Shown piece after piece: positions 1-13,500 of a stretch of 64,000 nucleotides of DNA. This stretch comes from Lytechinus pictus (lineage: Eukaryota). The stretch covers positions 5,208,001 through 5,272,000 of the forward strand of contig NC_087245.1 in NCBI RefSeq assembly GCF_037042905.1, given 5' to 3'. The notes beneath the pieces are model-generated. The model was not told where the DNA came from. It saw nothing but the letters and a program-made list of their open reading frames with translations, and made no database searches. Within the stretch, counting starts at the first letter, position 1. Every line of letters starts with the position of its first letter. The translations under genes and the position numbers were made by a program.

Positions 1-2859
1 TTTTTATTTGAATATTTTCTTTGTTTCTACTCGTAAAACAAGCACTGCTACCCTGAACGTCACTTTATACACTCTTTTCTATGTCGCTGCCTTTTGGCTT
101 CAGAAAGCCTATTTAACCACATTACTTAATCTATCAGGATAAAATATATTATATAGTATGGAAGTTGACAAGCATTATTAAAATCCTCTTCAACCGAAAT
201 TTGTGAAAAAGTAATCAGAGTGGAAACTTGCAGCATTTTACCCTGTAGTGTTTGTTTTACTTTGAAAGAACGCCATTTCACACTGACATTAGTGAAAGTA
301 AATCCATTTACGGACAATTCTTCTTATCATGTCACTTTCACCGTAGAAAATGCTATCAACGTTCAAAGGGAAGAGTAAAAGTGAACTAAATATCTCAGAC
401 TGGTATACGTCAGTATTGGGTCAAACGACTGCCTTATATTCAAGAAGCTTCAGTCAAGACAATGACTAGTGATGTAAATCAATGACACATCTTGGGATAG
501 TCAATTACCTACTAGGTTTCAGCAAGAGGACATGTTAGGTTCACATCTACTCTAGATAACATCTTTGTATGTTAGCTCGAGTGGTGCAGTGGGGATGTAC
601 TAAGAATAACTCGAAATAGTGTCCTATTGATCTCGTGACCCTGAATTTGTTTAGATATCAAAATAAATATCTTATCTCGCATGATTGACTTTATTACGAT
701 TCTTTCTTTCTTTCCTCCTTTCTCATATGACTTTCAAACAGAATTGAAAATTCAAGGTTGATAGATGGCCCGGAACACTTGTCTCTCTACAAAATACAAC
801 CGTGATTCCTGAATGTGTTTGGTGAGTAAAATGATTGTCTGATCCTGAGTTTCCATATTGCCGTTAATTGCATTTTTTTAAACCCTTAAATCCTACTTTT
901 CTTCTGATGCATGGACAAGACATGAAATTTAAGTTCTAACTAAATTACAAATGACTATAATGAATACTGCCAAATGTAATGCGTAGTATGCTATTTTAAT
1001 TTAAAAAAAAAGTGTAACTCTACTTCTATCCCAGCTAATTTTAGTTGAAGTGTGGCAAAATTACTTTGCATCAAAATGTGCTTGATACAAAGAATCTAAA
1101 TTCAGTTTACAGATTTAACTGATAACATTAAAATCGTTCGAAAAATTTGAATGACCTATTCCATGCGTAACTTTTATTAAAAGAAGAATTTTATTAACTC
1201 GCCATTACACGAGTTCCTTACTTATATTCGCTCAGATCTACAAGGCTACCATAATTATACTTGGATTTTTGTTAGTTTTATTGATCCTTTTCGTTTTATT
1301 GGATTTATGTTTTCTTTGATTGGAAGGCGGATTAAGCGGATTAGATTAGCATTGACCATCTTGGTATCTGGTATTGCTCGAGACTAATCTTTAAGATGGT
1401 ACATGCCCCTTGGTAGTTATCAGGTGGGACTTGTTTCGAGTGTGACAGGAGTTAATCGAAGTTCGCTTTCCATCAAGATATTAATAGTCTCACAAACATT
1501 TTGTTATGAGAAAAAGTGTATTTTATGGCATTTTAAAGATGGACAACCAATTTCATCAAACCGGCGTCATATTCAATTTTTTTTCAAAATTAGCGATAAA
1601 ACAAAGGCGATTACTTTCCGGATTCTTGTGTCTTATTCTTAATCCGAATACCAGGGTTGAAATTGTATATCAGATGATACGAACATTCACATGGACCTGA
1701 TAGATACCTTTTTTTATCAAATAAGTACTTAGTCTCTAGAATATGTAAAGGACTTTATTCCTTTTATTGACATAATAATAATGATAATATTATAATAATA
1801 TGCAGCATTTATATAGCACGTCATACAAATGTTTCAAAGCTCTGCATACTGTTACCTCGGCTTTAGTAATCCTTTAATACTTTATATTGGCATAAATACT
1901 GAAATCCGTCGATGTAGGAAAAAACATCCGTGACCTTAAGAAATAAATCAATATTGATGTTGATCTGGAATACGACCCTCTAATTCACATAGCATCTTGA
2001 TATCAATATGCATTAGAAACTGTGGTCCAATTGGCAATTATTTGGAACGACTTTCTTGAGATTACAGCCGTAAACCCCACTATATCAATTAATGTGCAAA
2101 TATATCAGCGGTGGTACACGTGACGACGTGTCTAGAATATATGAATTGACATTACTAGTCGGTTAAAAGCACCTAGATTATTCCAAAAACATTTTCAATC
2201 GAAGTAAATTTGTAATACTAGCGAAATGACAAGTGATTGTTTGTATCATTCTGTACATACAGATGAAAAATGTCATGAGGTTTCACAATGTTCAAGGAGA
2301 TGCCAATTCTTGTAATTTATTTGCATGTTTGAAATATCCTATTCTGAATAGTATCATAACATTCAGGACGAATTTTGTGATGCAAGATTTTATGTAAATA
2401 TATGGGCGTGAGAATACCTACGTTTCTCTTTGTTTTATTAATTCAGTAAAAATGTATATGAATTAGAAAAAAATGAAAATATAGGACTTTACTGAACAAA
2501 TTAGACGCACTTGATGACAATATCGTTCTTGTTGATTTCAGAACAAAGAACATGACGAAAATCTCAATGATCTTGGTGTGTACAACTAAACACTAATTTA
2601 TAAGCGGTAAGAGATAAACCGTCATTTGATCCAATCAGTTTTATGTACAGTGTCCGCTCCCTGGGGATAAATTCCAACCAGTCGCATCTGAGGTACGTTA
2701 CTCATTGTATGCTAATACGATGACTTCCACACCCTACACCCGCTTATATAGATTGACGTCTTGCTTAAGACGCCAGCGCCCATGTAATGCTTCCCCCATG
2801 CAACCCCATTACTGAGTTTTCGCATTTGCGACGGGATGGATTATAAAGCATAGTGAATC

Positions 2860-3085
2860 TTTTTAAAATGCCCGTCATAATTTTCAAATGAACAGTTTAG
2901 AGGTCTTTGTCGAAAATTGATGAACCGGGACAGCTGATCGTCCTAAGGTTTGGAGCTGACGAAAAATTGCACTGTCGTTTATCCAAAGTCCAGGACGACA
3001 CTTTACTTTTATCTCACCGATTCTCGACAGAGGCCCCTTTTTCATGAAGTGCTTTTGACAATAGATTCTCCATGTTCCAGGAAAC
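2860..3085. repeat. Old dispersed repeat with internal inverted repeat, copy 1
   Basis: Alignable by eye to 38428-38655 (shared TGTCGAAAATTG, AGTCCAGGACGACACTT, TCACCGATT.TCGACA, GCTTTTGACAATAGATT). IR arms at 2905-2923 and 3014-3032. Confidence 0.75.
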
Positions 3086-4479
3086 GTTGTGTAGAAATGC
3101 ATACACTGCTTTATGAAGTGTTCATGAAGTGTTTAGAAATCGTGTAGGTGGTTGAGGTGGATGCTTGGGTGGGTGTGTGTGTGTGAAAGAGGGGTGATGT
3201 GTTTTGTGTGAGGGGGTGTGCTTGTGTGTGTGTGTGGAATGATGGATAAGTGTCTCTCAGCGTGCACACAGTTACTTTTTCCACACTGTTTCGTTCTTCA
3301 CTGAGCAACTTGGTGTAAATGAGATTTTACGACCTTCTGGAGATTGTCTCGTAGTCAGTCATGCATACCAAGATCCATAAGAAAATGATACCAGAATATG
3401 CAGGGAGGATAACTCTACCAGGAAATACAAATAAATCAATTTTAAATGTTCATACTTCAGGTAAGACAACTTCAAACTGTATGGACATTTTGTCTCACTT
3501 TTTTTAATCACTCTGTTGATCAATATAATGAATCCCTTAAGGACAAAAATCATGTCGATATGATGGATAATTATAACCACTATCAGTCATTTACAAATAT
3601 TCACCACCCCTCCCCGTATCCTGCACATGCCGTTGCACATTTTCTTACAATGACTCGGTATAAATATTTCATTTCTAAATTGAGGAGCATATTTCCTGAG
3701 CGAATAATTCGCTAACAAGTTGCCTTCAAGCATTTCGCGTTTCGTTATTGAATTTATGAATTCATATCACTTCCCTTTGGGAGTTGAACAAAAATGAATT
3801 GCTCTCGGGTTTCTGACAAAGCACCTACATATCGATCGAATTTTAGCTCATTTCGTACATATTTGCCAATATGTTTGTTTCTTTTACATTGTATATGTGC
3901 CTACAATACATTCTATTTCAATTGATGAATAGAAGTACTCTAAAGATTATTACCGGCGGTGCAATTTTAATGTGTATTTTGTGTATTTCTGGGCTGAACT
4001 TGCCAAATTGATATTGAATTAAAAAAAATCAATAAAAGTAATGACTTTACATATAGACTCTACATACAATAATGAGACACCGTGAAGAACAAAATGCATT
4101 TCAGATTGTTCTCTTTATTCATATATATTTTTCTCGTTCAAGTTTTAATTACATCTGTCCCAGATCTTAGGATTATACTTTGGAATTTTCTCCAGTTAAG
4201 ATTTACAATTCACTTTATTCGTTCGGCGGACTTTTCTTTCCCCTTATCATTCGTCCCCATGCATTTCGCATGACGTTCTAAAGGAAAGCATATTCTGACT
4301 GTAACAAATTTCTGGTGGTTTATACATTTTCCAAATTACCAGTGATATTATGATGCATACCATGCATTCGTATTGTTTGTCGAGATGAGATATTCTGATA
4401 TCTGTTAGTTCCTTGCAACCATAAGAATATTTTTCAGAATCAAACTAATCACTTTACCCAAACTGTAACCTATTGCTAC

Positions 4480-5200
4480 TGCGTCTGCTGTCAGATGCTC
4501 CTTCCGCCCTGAACATTTCGGAATAAACATACCTTTTGAAATATGGTTCATATCTCTTTTGTCACGTCCCCTGAACTTTGATGTAGGCCTATCTACCTTC
4601 GCCAGTCTCGCTTTTGAATATGCCGCTCATGTACTGAGGGATTATTTCTCTATATTAAAATGTTATCATTGTTACCAGTGGTTACTTAGAATCTTTACAA
4701 AGAATTTATCAACTTGGAATAAGTTTGTTCATTATGTTGGTAAACGAACCATTGGCGGAGTCTTTTACCTTTTGAATAATCCATCATCGTATCTTCATAC
4801 CATTTAAGATGGGACTTTGGTGGTCAATGTTGGCAAACTTTTTCTCTTTCCGCTCAATATCATATTTTCTGTTCTGATGTCAAGTAGAGATAACACATCC
4901 CCAAATAACTAACAATTACCTGATTAGGCCTTTGTTTTAAATTCTTTTGGTCCGGATGTCCTTATCATTCTTCATAATATCCTACATTTCTGCTGTTTTA
5001 ATTCTGTAGACCAAGGGTTTATTATTTGTTCATGTCACGTATCTGTGTAAAAGGACAGGCCATACACATAATTTCTTGGTCATGTATTAGGGGGGGGGGT
5101 GTTGGTCCATTGCCCCAAGTTTTGGTTTATTCTGTTGGAAAGTTGGCTTGTAGATTGGCAAACATTCAGCATCGTATTTGTCTTATCCCAATGGCTTTCC
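4480..5200 (-). mobile_element. Heavily decayed retroelement RT remnant, possibly Penelope-like
   Basis: Minus-strand fragments such as 'RYDDGLF' (~4775-4795) resemble an RT catalytic (Y.DD) motif; many stops and frameshifts. Confidence 0.25.
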
Positions 5201-6600
5201 CATTTACTTAGAGATATAGTGCATGTCTACAAACCTTTTTTAGATAATGGTTCATGGACCCCCTGAGGGCCTATCATCACCACAGGTTATCACTCCCTGA
5301 TTCTAACTTGCCATAATACCGTCCATTCAACAATTCATCTACGTTACGCTGCCTTTTGCTAATGCATGTCCATTAGAATTGTCGGCAATCGTGGTTCGAA
5401 GTAATCGTGACTCGAGGCAAATCTATATTCAGGTCGGGTTCGAAGTATGCAACTTCCAAAGTATCAGAATATCAATTTGTGAGTCCTTTTCTGCTTTTTA
5501 TTTATTTTTTTAAACGTCAGATCTATCTTATATTTTTTTTTCGTTGTATCACAGATATTAGCTCTCGAGCAAACTCTTGACCGTGTATAATGCAAACCCT
5601 GAGTAGATATTTTTATCAAATTCACAGTTACACCTATCTGATTTATATTTGTTCGGATGAAAACACATTACCTTTCTTTAGAGTGTCAGGATTCATTTCC
5701 AAGATCCGATTACAATAATGCCTGAGTGGCAGCAAGTGGGAGTTGATTGAATGAATCACTTTCACCATACAATATACCGCAAATTGTGATGATAATATTT
5801 GTATGCAGTACGTGCGTACCTAGGGAATAAGGCAATCAAAGTCAAGTTTTTTTTCTTGGATATCAATTTCTCTATTGAAAAAAAAAACCTCTTGAATGCT
5901 TTACCAGAATCTTTAATTGATTCACTATTATCAATTTCTTTCCAATTTTATAAATTAGTTTGGTAATTGAATAATTCTTAAAGAATCACATTCATAGTAA
6001 TAGACCTATTTCCTCCAGGGTAAAAATAATTGATTAATTCTTGTTTGTATTTTTATCATGCTTTTATATTGTACAATTTGAATTTGAATATGGAAATAAA
6101 TTAATTGAATTGAATGGTAATTAAAAGAAATCAGCGACACAAAAGGTACTCATAACGTTCTTATATCTGATTTCTCTAGTTTTTTTTTTAACATGTATTG
6201 TACTCTCGTTTAATCGAAATCTGTACCAGTTACAGGAATTTAAAGCTTTCTCCAGGTCGCTGTAAAATTATGTTGAGACTCGTTTACCGAATTGTTTTAG
6301 TGGCATTTTATCGATATAGTAATAATAATGACAATATACTTGCTTATGATACGTACATCACAGAAGTATCCCAGTGCTCTACTCTACTATGCAGCATCCG
6401 TGACCGTTTCATGGCTTGGCCACATATATTCTGTGAACTGCTACCAAACACGTACGAACATGACGAATGATTTTTAGACCATTTCGTAAGACCTTAAAAG
6501 GCGGTTCGCAGACCGTTCATAGACAGTTCGCACGTTTGCAGCATTGCCGTTGGTCTTGTCCAAGATATGTTGTAACGTCGTACGAAACCCTGTATTCTTA

Positions 6601-7307
6601 AGCCCCTTTCACAATTGAAGTACGACCTGTTTACAACCGCCTGCAACAATTTTTTCCCGTTGTTGCACGATCGATCTCTTGGTGTCTTGCGAGCACTCGC
6701 AGTCGTTGTAGACGATTGCACAAACTCGAGGTGGTCGTGACTGGTCGCATATGAACTTTGAAGATGTTCAAAATCCAAACGCGATCAAATACGATCGATT
6801 CACTCGCATCAGATCGTACCGTCGGTCTGGAGATCATCGTGTGAGTGTTGTTCAACGTTGCACGACTTGATGCGAGATGTGGCACAACTAAGTAGTCGCA
6901 TTTAGTCGACTGGAGGTCGTACAACACTTGCACATGTGCTAACGACCTACATGTATCATGTGTATAGGGACCAGTCTTACGACTGGGTGCGATAATAATT
7001 ATATAGGCCATAAGACTGTTGTAAGACCGATCGCAACACGGCTTACAACATTGCACTACCGTTGCATTCGCGTGTATGCGACCATTCCACTCGTGCAACA
7101 CTCGCATGTGATCGCACGAGCACAATAAGAGCATATGCGACTCACTCGTGCAACGGGGTTTACTGGTTGTTTTTGTTGTACGACAGTTGTTGCATTGTGA
7201 AAACCTCTGTGCGATCTTATAAGATGACTAGCGATAAATGCCTGTTGCAGCCTGTCGCACGACCAAAAGGTCGCAAATGGTCGTACGTCAATATTGTGAA
7301 AGGGGCT
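6601..7307. mobile_element. Non-autonomous PIF/Harbinger-like element (707 bp)
   Basis: TIR AGCCCCTTTCACAAT (6601-6615) / ATTGTGAAAGGGGCT (7293-7307); TTA target duplication at 6598-6600 and 7308-7310; interior rich in TCGTACGA/TCGCA subrepeats. Confidence 0.85.
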
Positions 7308-7635
7308 TTAAGGCGGCCGTATAGACGTCGTAAATACGATGAAAGATTTTGTATGATAGAGGCATTTCTAGAAGCTTTAATTTCTTCGATAACCGTAAGA
7401 AGGCGTTAATTTGTTCGTAGACATGGTTCTTCTTCACATACAATATTTGTGTAGCCATTGAGTAAAATCTGATTATGTTATTGGCATTGTACTTATGACC
7501 GTAAAATCGTTTAGTTTTGGCCCAAAGAATATCTGTCCCTGCTATGATTCTCTACTAACCCCCATACTTCGTACGAACGGGAAGATCGCTAAGAACCCAT
7601 CGGTCAAACGAACCTTTGTGACTGTAGCTTTCTGT

Positions 7636-7810
7636 TTCAAGGAATACAGTCCTGGTGGCAAGGTACCCGTTTACCTCCGCTGAGTTGAGAGCAGCACAGT
7701 GCGTATATATTTCTAACTGAAGAAAAATAACACCGTGGGTAGGAAATAACGCCAAGGCTTGGGATTCGAGCCATCATCATCCCATTTGAGTATTGTGAGT
7801 CATTGGGGCA
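7636..7810 (-). mobile_element. tRNA-derived SINE fragment, same family as 40089-40355
   Basis: Reverse B-box (GGCTCGAATCC at ~7762-7772) and body 'gcactgtgctgctctcaactcagcggaggtaaacgggtac...attccttgaa' matching the 40089 copy. Confidence 0.7.
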
Positions 7811-7849
7811 TGAAGCTCCTTGCAATGCAAGTGATAATTTCTGGGAAAG

Positions 7850-8330
7850 CCTGGTAACTTTTATCCGGGGTAGATATTTCCATGAGAATGATACGCGCCT
7901 TAAAACCCAAGTTACTAACAAAATGAATAACAACATCGATATATCACATAATGTGTGTCAGTCAAATCGCAATCAAAATCTATGAACAAACATGAGCATT
8001 CCTGCATGGAGGTCGATATGGAGAGTAAATTGCGAGCCTTATTTCAAGAAGTGTGTCAAGTGACATGACTTTACGACGAACGAGTAGACCCTGGAGAATC
8101 GAGCAAATTGTGAGTATAATCGCATAAGCAAGGCAGGAATTCCGGAGATATACTGTCGGCTCAAATACTAGAGTGACCATGTGAGTTCATACCTTAAAAT
8201 CAAGATAAAGATCAGACCAGAATCAGTCTCTCAAAGATAAAATTGTAAATAAGGACCCATAGCTAATTTGGGGGACGAAGAACATGATTGGGGTTACTGA
8301 TTTGGAAATTGGCATCCCCAGTTCGTTACA
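7850..8330 (-). mobile_element. Decayed L2/CR1-clade LINE reverse-transcriptase fragment
   Basis: Collinear degenerate RT motifs on the minus strand: VPQ..G.LFTI (GVPQGS.LGP.LF), LAYA[D]YT (YADDT) and VSNLGF (VRNLGV thumb). Confidence 0.5.
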
Positions 8331-10209
8331 ACACGACATACAAGACATAATTCAAGCGGTTTTTTTACCCCGTTCTCATCAGACGTGTCAGGTCCTTTCG
8401 GTCCTTTAAAACCTTGAATGTGAAAGTATTTGACTGATCAATATCCAATGTCACTTTTGGATGTATCGGTAATGTGTTGTCTCTGGTATTTTAGCCGCCC
8501 CAAATTTTGACAGTGAGAAACATTTTTTTTTCATTTGGGGGCACTAGGGGCGTCGCTGTGATTCTATGAGAAGAGTAAAAGAACCAAAAAATTCCTCAAT
8601 GGAGCGTTAAAAAGGATGTCCCACCCTCTCCCGTTGTGTGCACATGCATGAATTCAATTTTCAAGCACTATCTCAGTGGGTTATTTCTTATAGATTATTT
8701 TGTGACACTTTAAGTTATCAAAAGCGATTTTTTTTCTGTTTGTGAGAGAGCACCGCAAGCAAGCCAAAAGTCCACGTTTTTCCCCTCTAGTAAATGCACT
8801 TATGTAATCGATAAATTACATGACTAACGATCGATACTTTGCAAGTTTATCTGTCACCTAACACCAAATGTGACAGTTTCTGGCACCTACCTAAATATAA
8901 ATTAAAAAAAATGCAAAGAAATAACAAAACTTTACAGTATATCAAGTTAATTCGTTCAAATTACTGCAGAAATCAATTTGCTTTAAAGCGTTTGTTACTA
9001 TATTATTAATCTACAATTTTGCATAATTGAGCTTTAGGTAATGGGTTTTGAACTGATTGAGAAGTCTATTTGGTTTTCATATCTCATAAACACAGTGATG
9101 TACGTGTAGTATTACGATCAGCCGTAAGAGACAGCCTGATTCCCTTGGAGAGGAATCGAATGTTTCGTTTCAAAATAGTTCTCATGGTGCGATCATTATG
9201 AAGATATTAAGAGACATACCTGGATTGATTGTATCCTCATGATTGGTTGTTTTTATTCAATTTAAAATTCATTGAGTTGAAATGAAGTTAAAGCCAGAGG
9301 GTGTTTATGGAGGTGCTGCCTTGAAATGCGCGTTACAAATTGGATAATATTCAAGGCCTGTTCTATTGTTGTCTCATGGAGTCACAAGTAGCTAACATAG
9401 TCATACGTAGAGAGAAGTAGGGAAGGGTATGGGATCGGATAAAGATTATTGCTATCGACAAATTATTCGCATCTTTCTTGTTCGTGGCATTTTATACGCA
9501 ATTCAACCCAAAGCCTTCACATATCTTTCACATTCAATTTCTATTCCCTTGCCTCCAAACCTTGTTTTTGTTATTTCTAATATTTATTGACAAAACAAGA
9601 TGACTAGTTTATTTTCTGACACTACACAGCGATTCACCTCTGTTTCTTTATCTAAATATCAATTTCTCATCACGAAATTTACATTTTTTTAAGTTACCTC
9701 AACTTTCGTAATGGATATTTGGCGTTCGAATTGAATTTACTATCATTCTGGATCTACGTGACCTGCAATAATGCATGTGATGAAACAAAATCATTGCACC
9801 AACGAATTTCACCAATCTACCTGTCAGAGACAGAGTCTGAAAGAGAGAGAGAGAGGGGGGGGGGGGGGAGAAGAAAGAGACTGCTTGCACTACGTTTAAT
9901 ATCTATATTTAAGATAAAAATTAAATCGTTGTTGATGCTCGTCCGTAATAAAGCGACTGGGTTTTTGTTTACCTTCTATACTTGTAATCATGGTAATGAA
10001 CATTTTGCTTATTGTAAAAGAACATATTGAGGAATGATAGGCCTACTTCGCGAACCACCAAACAAATTTTGATTGCTCCAAATTTTAAGTGCTTCCTTCA
10101 TTTCATTCTTGGACATATGAGAGTTCGAATTGCAAATGTATCAATGTATAACGCTGATTGATAACTAGGAATGTGGGTGTAATAATGTATGTTATTACCT
10201 CTTACACAT

Positions 10210-10445
10210 ACCGGTGTGTTGGCTCAGTTGGTAGAGTGTCCGTCTCACAACCGGGAGGTCGGGAGTTCAAACCCCGGCCTCGTCGGACCAAAAATTGTTA
10301 AAAGATGGGAGTTGCTGCTACCCTTCAATGATAGGATAGAGCATAGTCGATCTGCCGCTGCCGGGCCGACGAACAATTGCGCAAAACAAATTTTCGGAGT
10401 ATTTCATTTCTTATGGCTATTGCGTACAATAAAAAATATGGATTT
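10210..10445 (+). mobile_element. tRNA-derived SINE (head resembles tRNA with CAC loop)
   Basis: A-box TGGCTCAGTTGG, anticodon-like arm TCCGT-CTCACAA-CCGG, B-box GAGTTCAAACC. The acceptor stem does not close and the sequence continues into a non-tRNA body ending near AATAAA. Confidence 0.75.
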
Positions 10446-11105
10446 TCATGTGATCCCAAACTATTAAGAGATCTTGGAAAAAACTCGTCTGCATCACACG
10501 TCACTGTTGCAGTCATCAGTATCATGCAGTCGTTACACTATTAACATAAATCGTCATAGCTGATGATATTGTCAGAAGCGACGTGAAACAGACTAATGCC
10601 AAAAATGGCTTTAATTTAATAAACATATTTGGTTGCTTATATATCCAAGAAAAATCCAACAACTCCAGAGTCTCTCGATGTATATCTGATGATAGATGAG
10701 GAGATGATCAGCTTAGAAAAAAAAACTATTACAATGGTTACACCTGCGAACCTATGCTGACAATCAGGCTTTTATATTTTCTAACGCTTCTTTGCTATTT
10801 CTTTGTTACACCAAACGTGATAACTTGCTGTTTTGGCTATTCTTACAACAGAAGATCACTTCAAAATTAATGGTTTCGGAATGAATTATGAGATGAATAG
10901 TAACCCTTTCCTTGCAAGTAAGATCAGTTTCAAAATTCAAAATTGAAAAGCAGCTTCAGGAATCTATTGTAAAAAAAAAACATTTTGAGTACCTTTAATT
11001 TTTGCTTGTCGGAGATTTTATTAGACGGAAAAGTGCTTCTCGAAATGTCTGTGACCTTCAATCATTTTCCCTCCTGAGGAGGTACACTGGTAATGATGCC
11101 CTTAA

Positions 11106-11713
11106 AGGGATACTCCGCGCTGAAAATATTTTTATCTAAATTAATAGAGTAAAATTCACAGAGCAAAATTCAGAAAATTTCATCGAAATCGGATAACAAA
11201 TAACGAAGCTATTTAATTTTAAAGATTTGCGTTATTCCAGTGAAACAGTTCTAGGCATGTCTTCATGAATATTCATTAGGTGAGCTGATGATGTCACATC
11301 CCCACTTTCTTTAAAAAAATGTTATTACATGAAATCATAATAGTTTTTTTTTATATAAATGAGTAAATGATTTGTCTCCATTGTAATAAATTAGTTGCAG
11401 CAAGAAATAACTAATGCACTTAATCAGTTGTCAACTCAACTGTTTTAGGTCTTGGTAGAAAACCTTTGAATAAACCTAATTTCATATAGTAAAATACAAA
11501 AGAACAAGTGGGGATATTACATCATCAGCACACCTAATGAATGTTCATAAAGACATGCCAAGAACTGTTTTATCGGAATAATGCAAATCTTAACATTCAA
11601 TAACTTTGTCATTTGTTATCCGAATTTTGATCAAACTTTCAGCATTTTGTTTTCTAAATTTTACTTTATTGAGTAATATATATATATAAATATATTCAGT
11701 CCGGAGTATCCCT
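11106..11713. mobile_element. Kolobok-like MITE (TTAA TSD, AGGG termini)
   Basis: TTAA|AGGGATACTCCG ... CGGAGTATCCCT|TTAA, with long imperfect internal inverted arms (e.g. GATGTCACATCCCCACTT / AAGTGGGGATATTACATC). Confidence 0.85.
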
Positions 11714-12929
11714 TTAAGCATTTAGTCACTGTCAAAGTGAACATCAGTATATAAGAATATAGAATAATATAAAAAAGTGTGTCTGTTTGTGTGTGTGCAC
11801 GCGTGCGTGTGTGTAGCCACGTGGTTTTTATACGGTTTGGATTACCCTAACCTGCAGATTTTTTTATTTTTTTTTTGGGGGGGGATGGGAGGTCTGAATA
11901 TGTACCCTATTTGCATTCATAAACTTAAATTAAATTAAATTGTAAATGGAGTTGAAACACAGGTAGTGGCTCAGATGATAAGGAGGTGGCGGAGGAGAAT
12001 TATGATAGAGGTTAGATATCTGCTGCTTTAGAATGGAATGATTGGTGAAATTGCGAATGGCAATTGAGATTTTATTTTAAAAAAGTACACTCCGCAACAC
12101 ATATGAATATAGGTCAACGCTCATGGGATTACAACAACAGAAGGGAAACGAGAAGCAAGGGGGATGAATGTGTTTGCTAATTTGGATTGTATAAGCAGCA
12201 GGAATTTGAGCAAATAGGGAAGATTGAAACAAGTAGGGCTAAAGGAAGGTGGAGACATGCAAGGCGGGAAGAGACGTGCTCAAGTAGGGCAGATAAATGA
12301 AAGTAAATTGGATTCATGATGCAGGTAGACATGGCTTAATTTCAACAAGAAATGAACTAACGGAGCCATTGACAGTGCAATATAAAAAGAACAGCGAAAG
12401 CATGCTCTGGAAGTCGACGTTTTTCGCATTGAAATATTTAGTATCTTGTTTTATTTTCCACTTTTAAAGACGGTGTAATACACTTCAAAAAATACATAAT
12501 CTACTGGATTGAAAAATGATATACTAAAAAAAAAGGATTTGGGATGATGATAATCGAAACATATTTGTATTCACACATAGCTGTAATTAATCTCTTTCTA
12601 CAAGTATCGCTTTGATCTTTGAAGCTAACTCTTGCATAATTATGATTGTAAATGCTCATAACGTTCACGCCGACGGTCATACCAGTATACAAATGAAATG
12701 TACAATACCACTGTAAAACGCAAGAAAAACCAATGCTTAATTGCGCTTAGCGCAAGATAATTTTGCGCTATAGCGTCTGGCTGATTACAAGTACTAACAC
12801 TGAGTCTGTTCTCCCCCCCCCCCCCAGTTTTAATGCCCGAAACCATGATTATGCCCGAAATTATAATTACCAAAATAGATGTTACGATATCAATTCAAGA
12901 TCACATTTTTACTCCTAGCTGTGGGAGGC

Positions 12930-13175
12930 AAGTTGCCATGGTAATGTTACGAACCTCATGACCCAATCAATTTTCGGCCATCTTGTTTCATCGAGTTGCC
13001 ATGGTAATGACAAGCTTCCCCAGGCCAGCATTTTCAGGGATAAACATCTTGATTGATCACCTGGGTGGTTCTACTCCAGTCGTGAGCTTCTCTGCGTGTG
13101 CCACTATTGGCCAATCGGGAGGCGTGTTAGATTGATGACTGTTGTGAGCAACCAATCACGAGGGATGTTATAAGA
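12930..13175 (+). promoter_or_regulatory. Promoter-like module: 2 RFX X-box-like sites, CCAAT boxes, GC box, weak TATA
   Basis: Identical 16-mer AGTTGCCATGGTAATG at 12931-12946 and 12994-13009; CCAAT at 12963 and 13152; palindromic ATTGGCCAAT at 13106-13115; GGGAGGCGTG at 13117-13126; TATAAG at 13169-13174. Confidence 0.55.
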
Positions 13176-13199
13176 GAAGGTGAAGGGATCAAGCTCTAC

Positions 13200-13500
13200 T
13201 GAGGGTCAAAATATAACTCTTTTATTTGTCCTACAATTTGTATGGAGCTTATTTGCCCGAGGTTTTTGCTCCTTCTGTCACAGCAATTCTGTGAACCTCT
13301 CCAGATTAGGTTTGCAAGTCATCATTCCTTGTCATAATGTTTTGGTAATTAATTCTGATAGTATATAAGTGATTAATAGCTGAAGTGTACGAACAGCAGC
13401 AGATTCTTCCGTTTAACAAGTTAACAAATATTGGACTGAACATTTGCTTTTGGTAAAAAATGTGACCGAGGTGGAAATGAATCCAGGAGATGAAATATAG
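13200..13500 (+). other. Candidate non-coding first exon (start approximate) ending at a consensus splice donor
   Basis: ATAG|GTGAGT at 13500/13501 lies just downstream of the promoter module. The exon contains only a tiny uORF (ATG AAT CCA GGA GAT GAA ATA TAG) that stops exactly at the donor. Confidence 0.4.

Noticed and set aside
6494-7409. Overlapping 94-167 aa ORFs
   Set aside because: They lie within a TIR/TSD-bounded non-autonomous element, are open because of higher GC, and show no transposase motifs.
10210-10285. Functional tRNA-Val(CAC) gene
   Set aside because: The acceptor stem does not pair, there is no T-run terminator, and the sequence continues into a SINE body.
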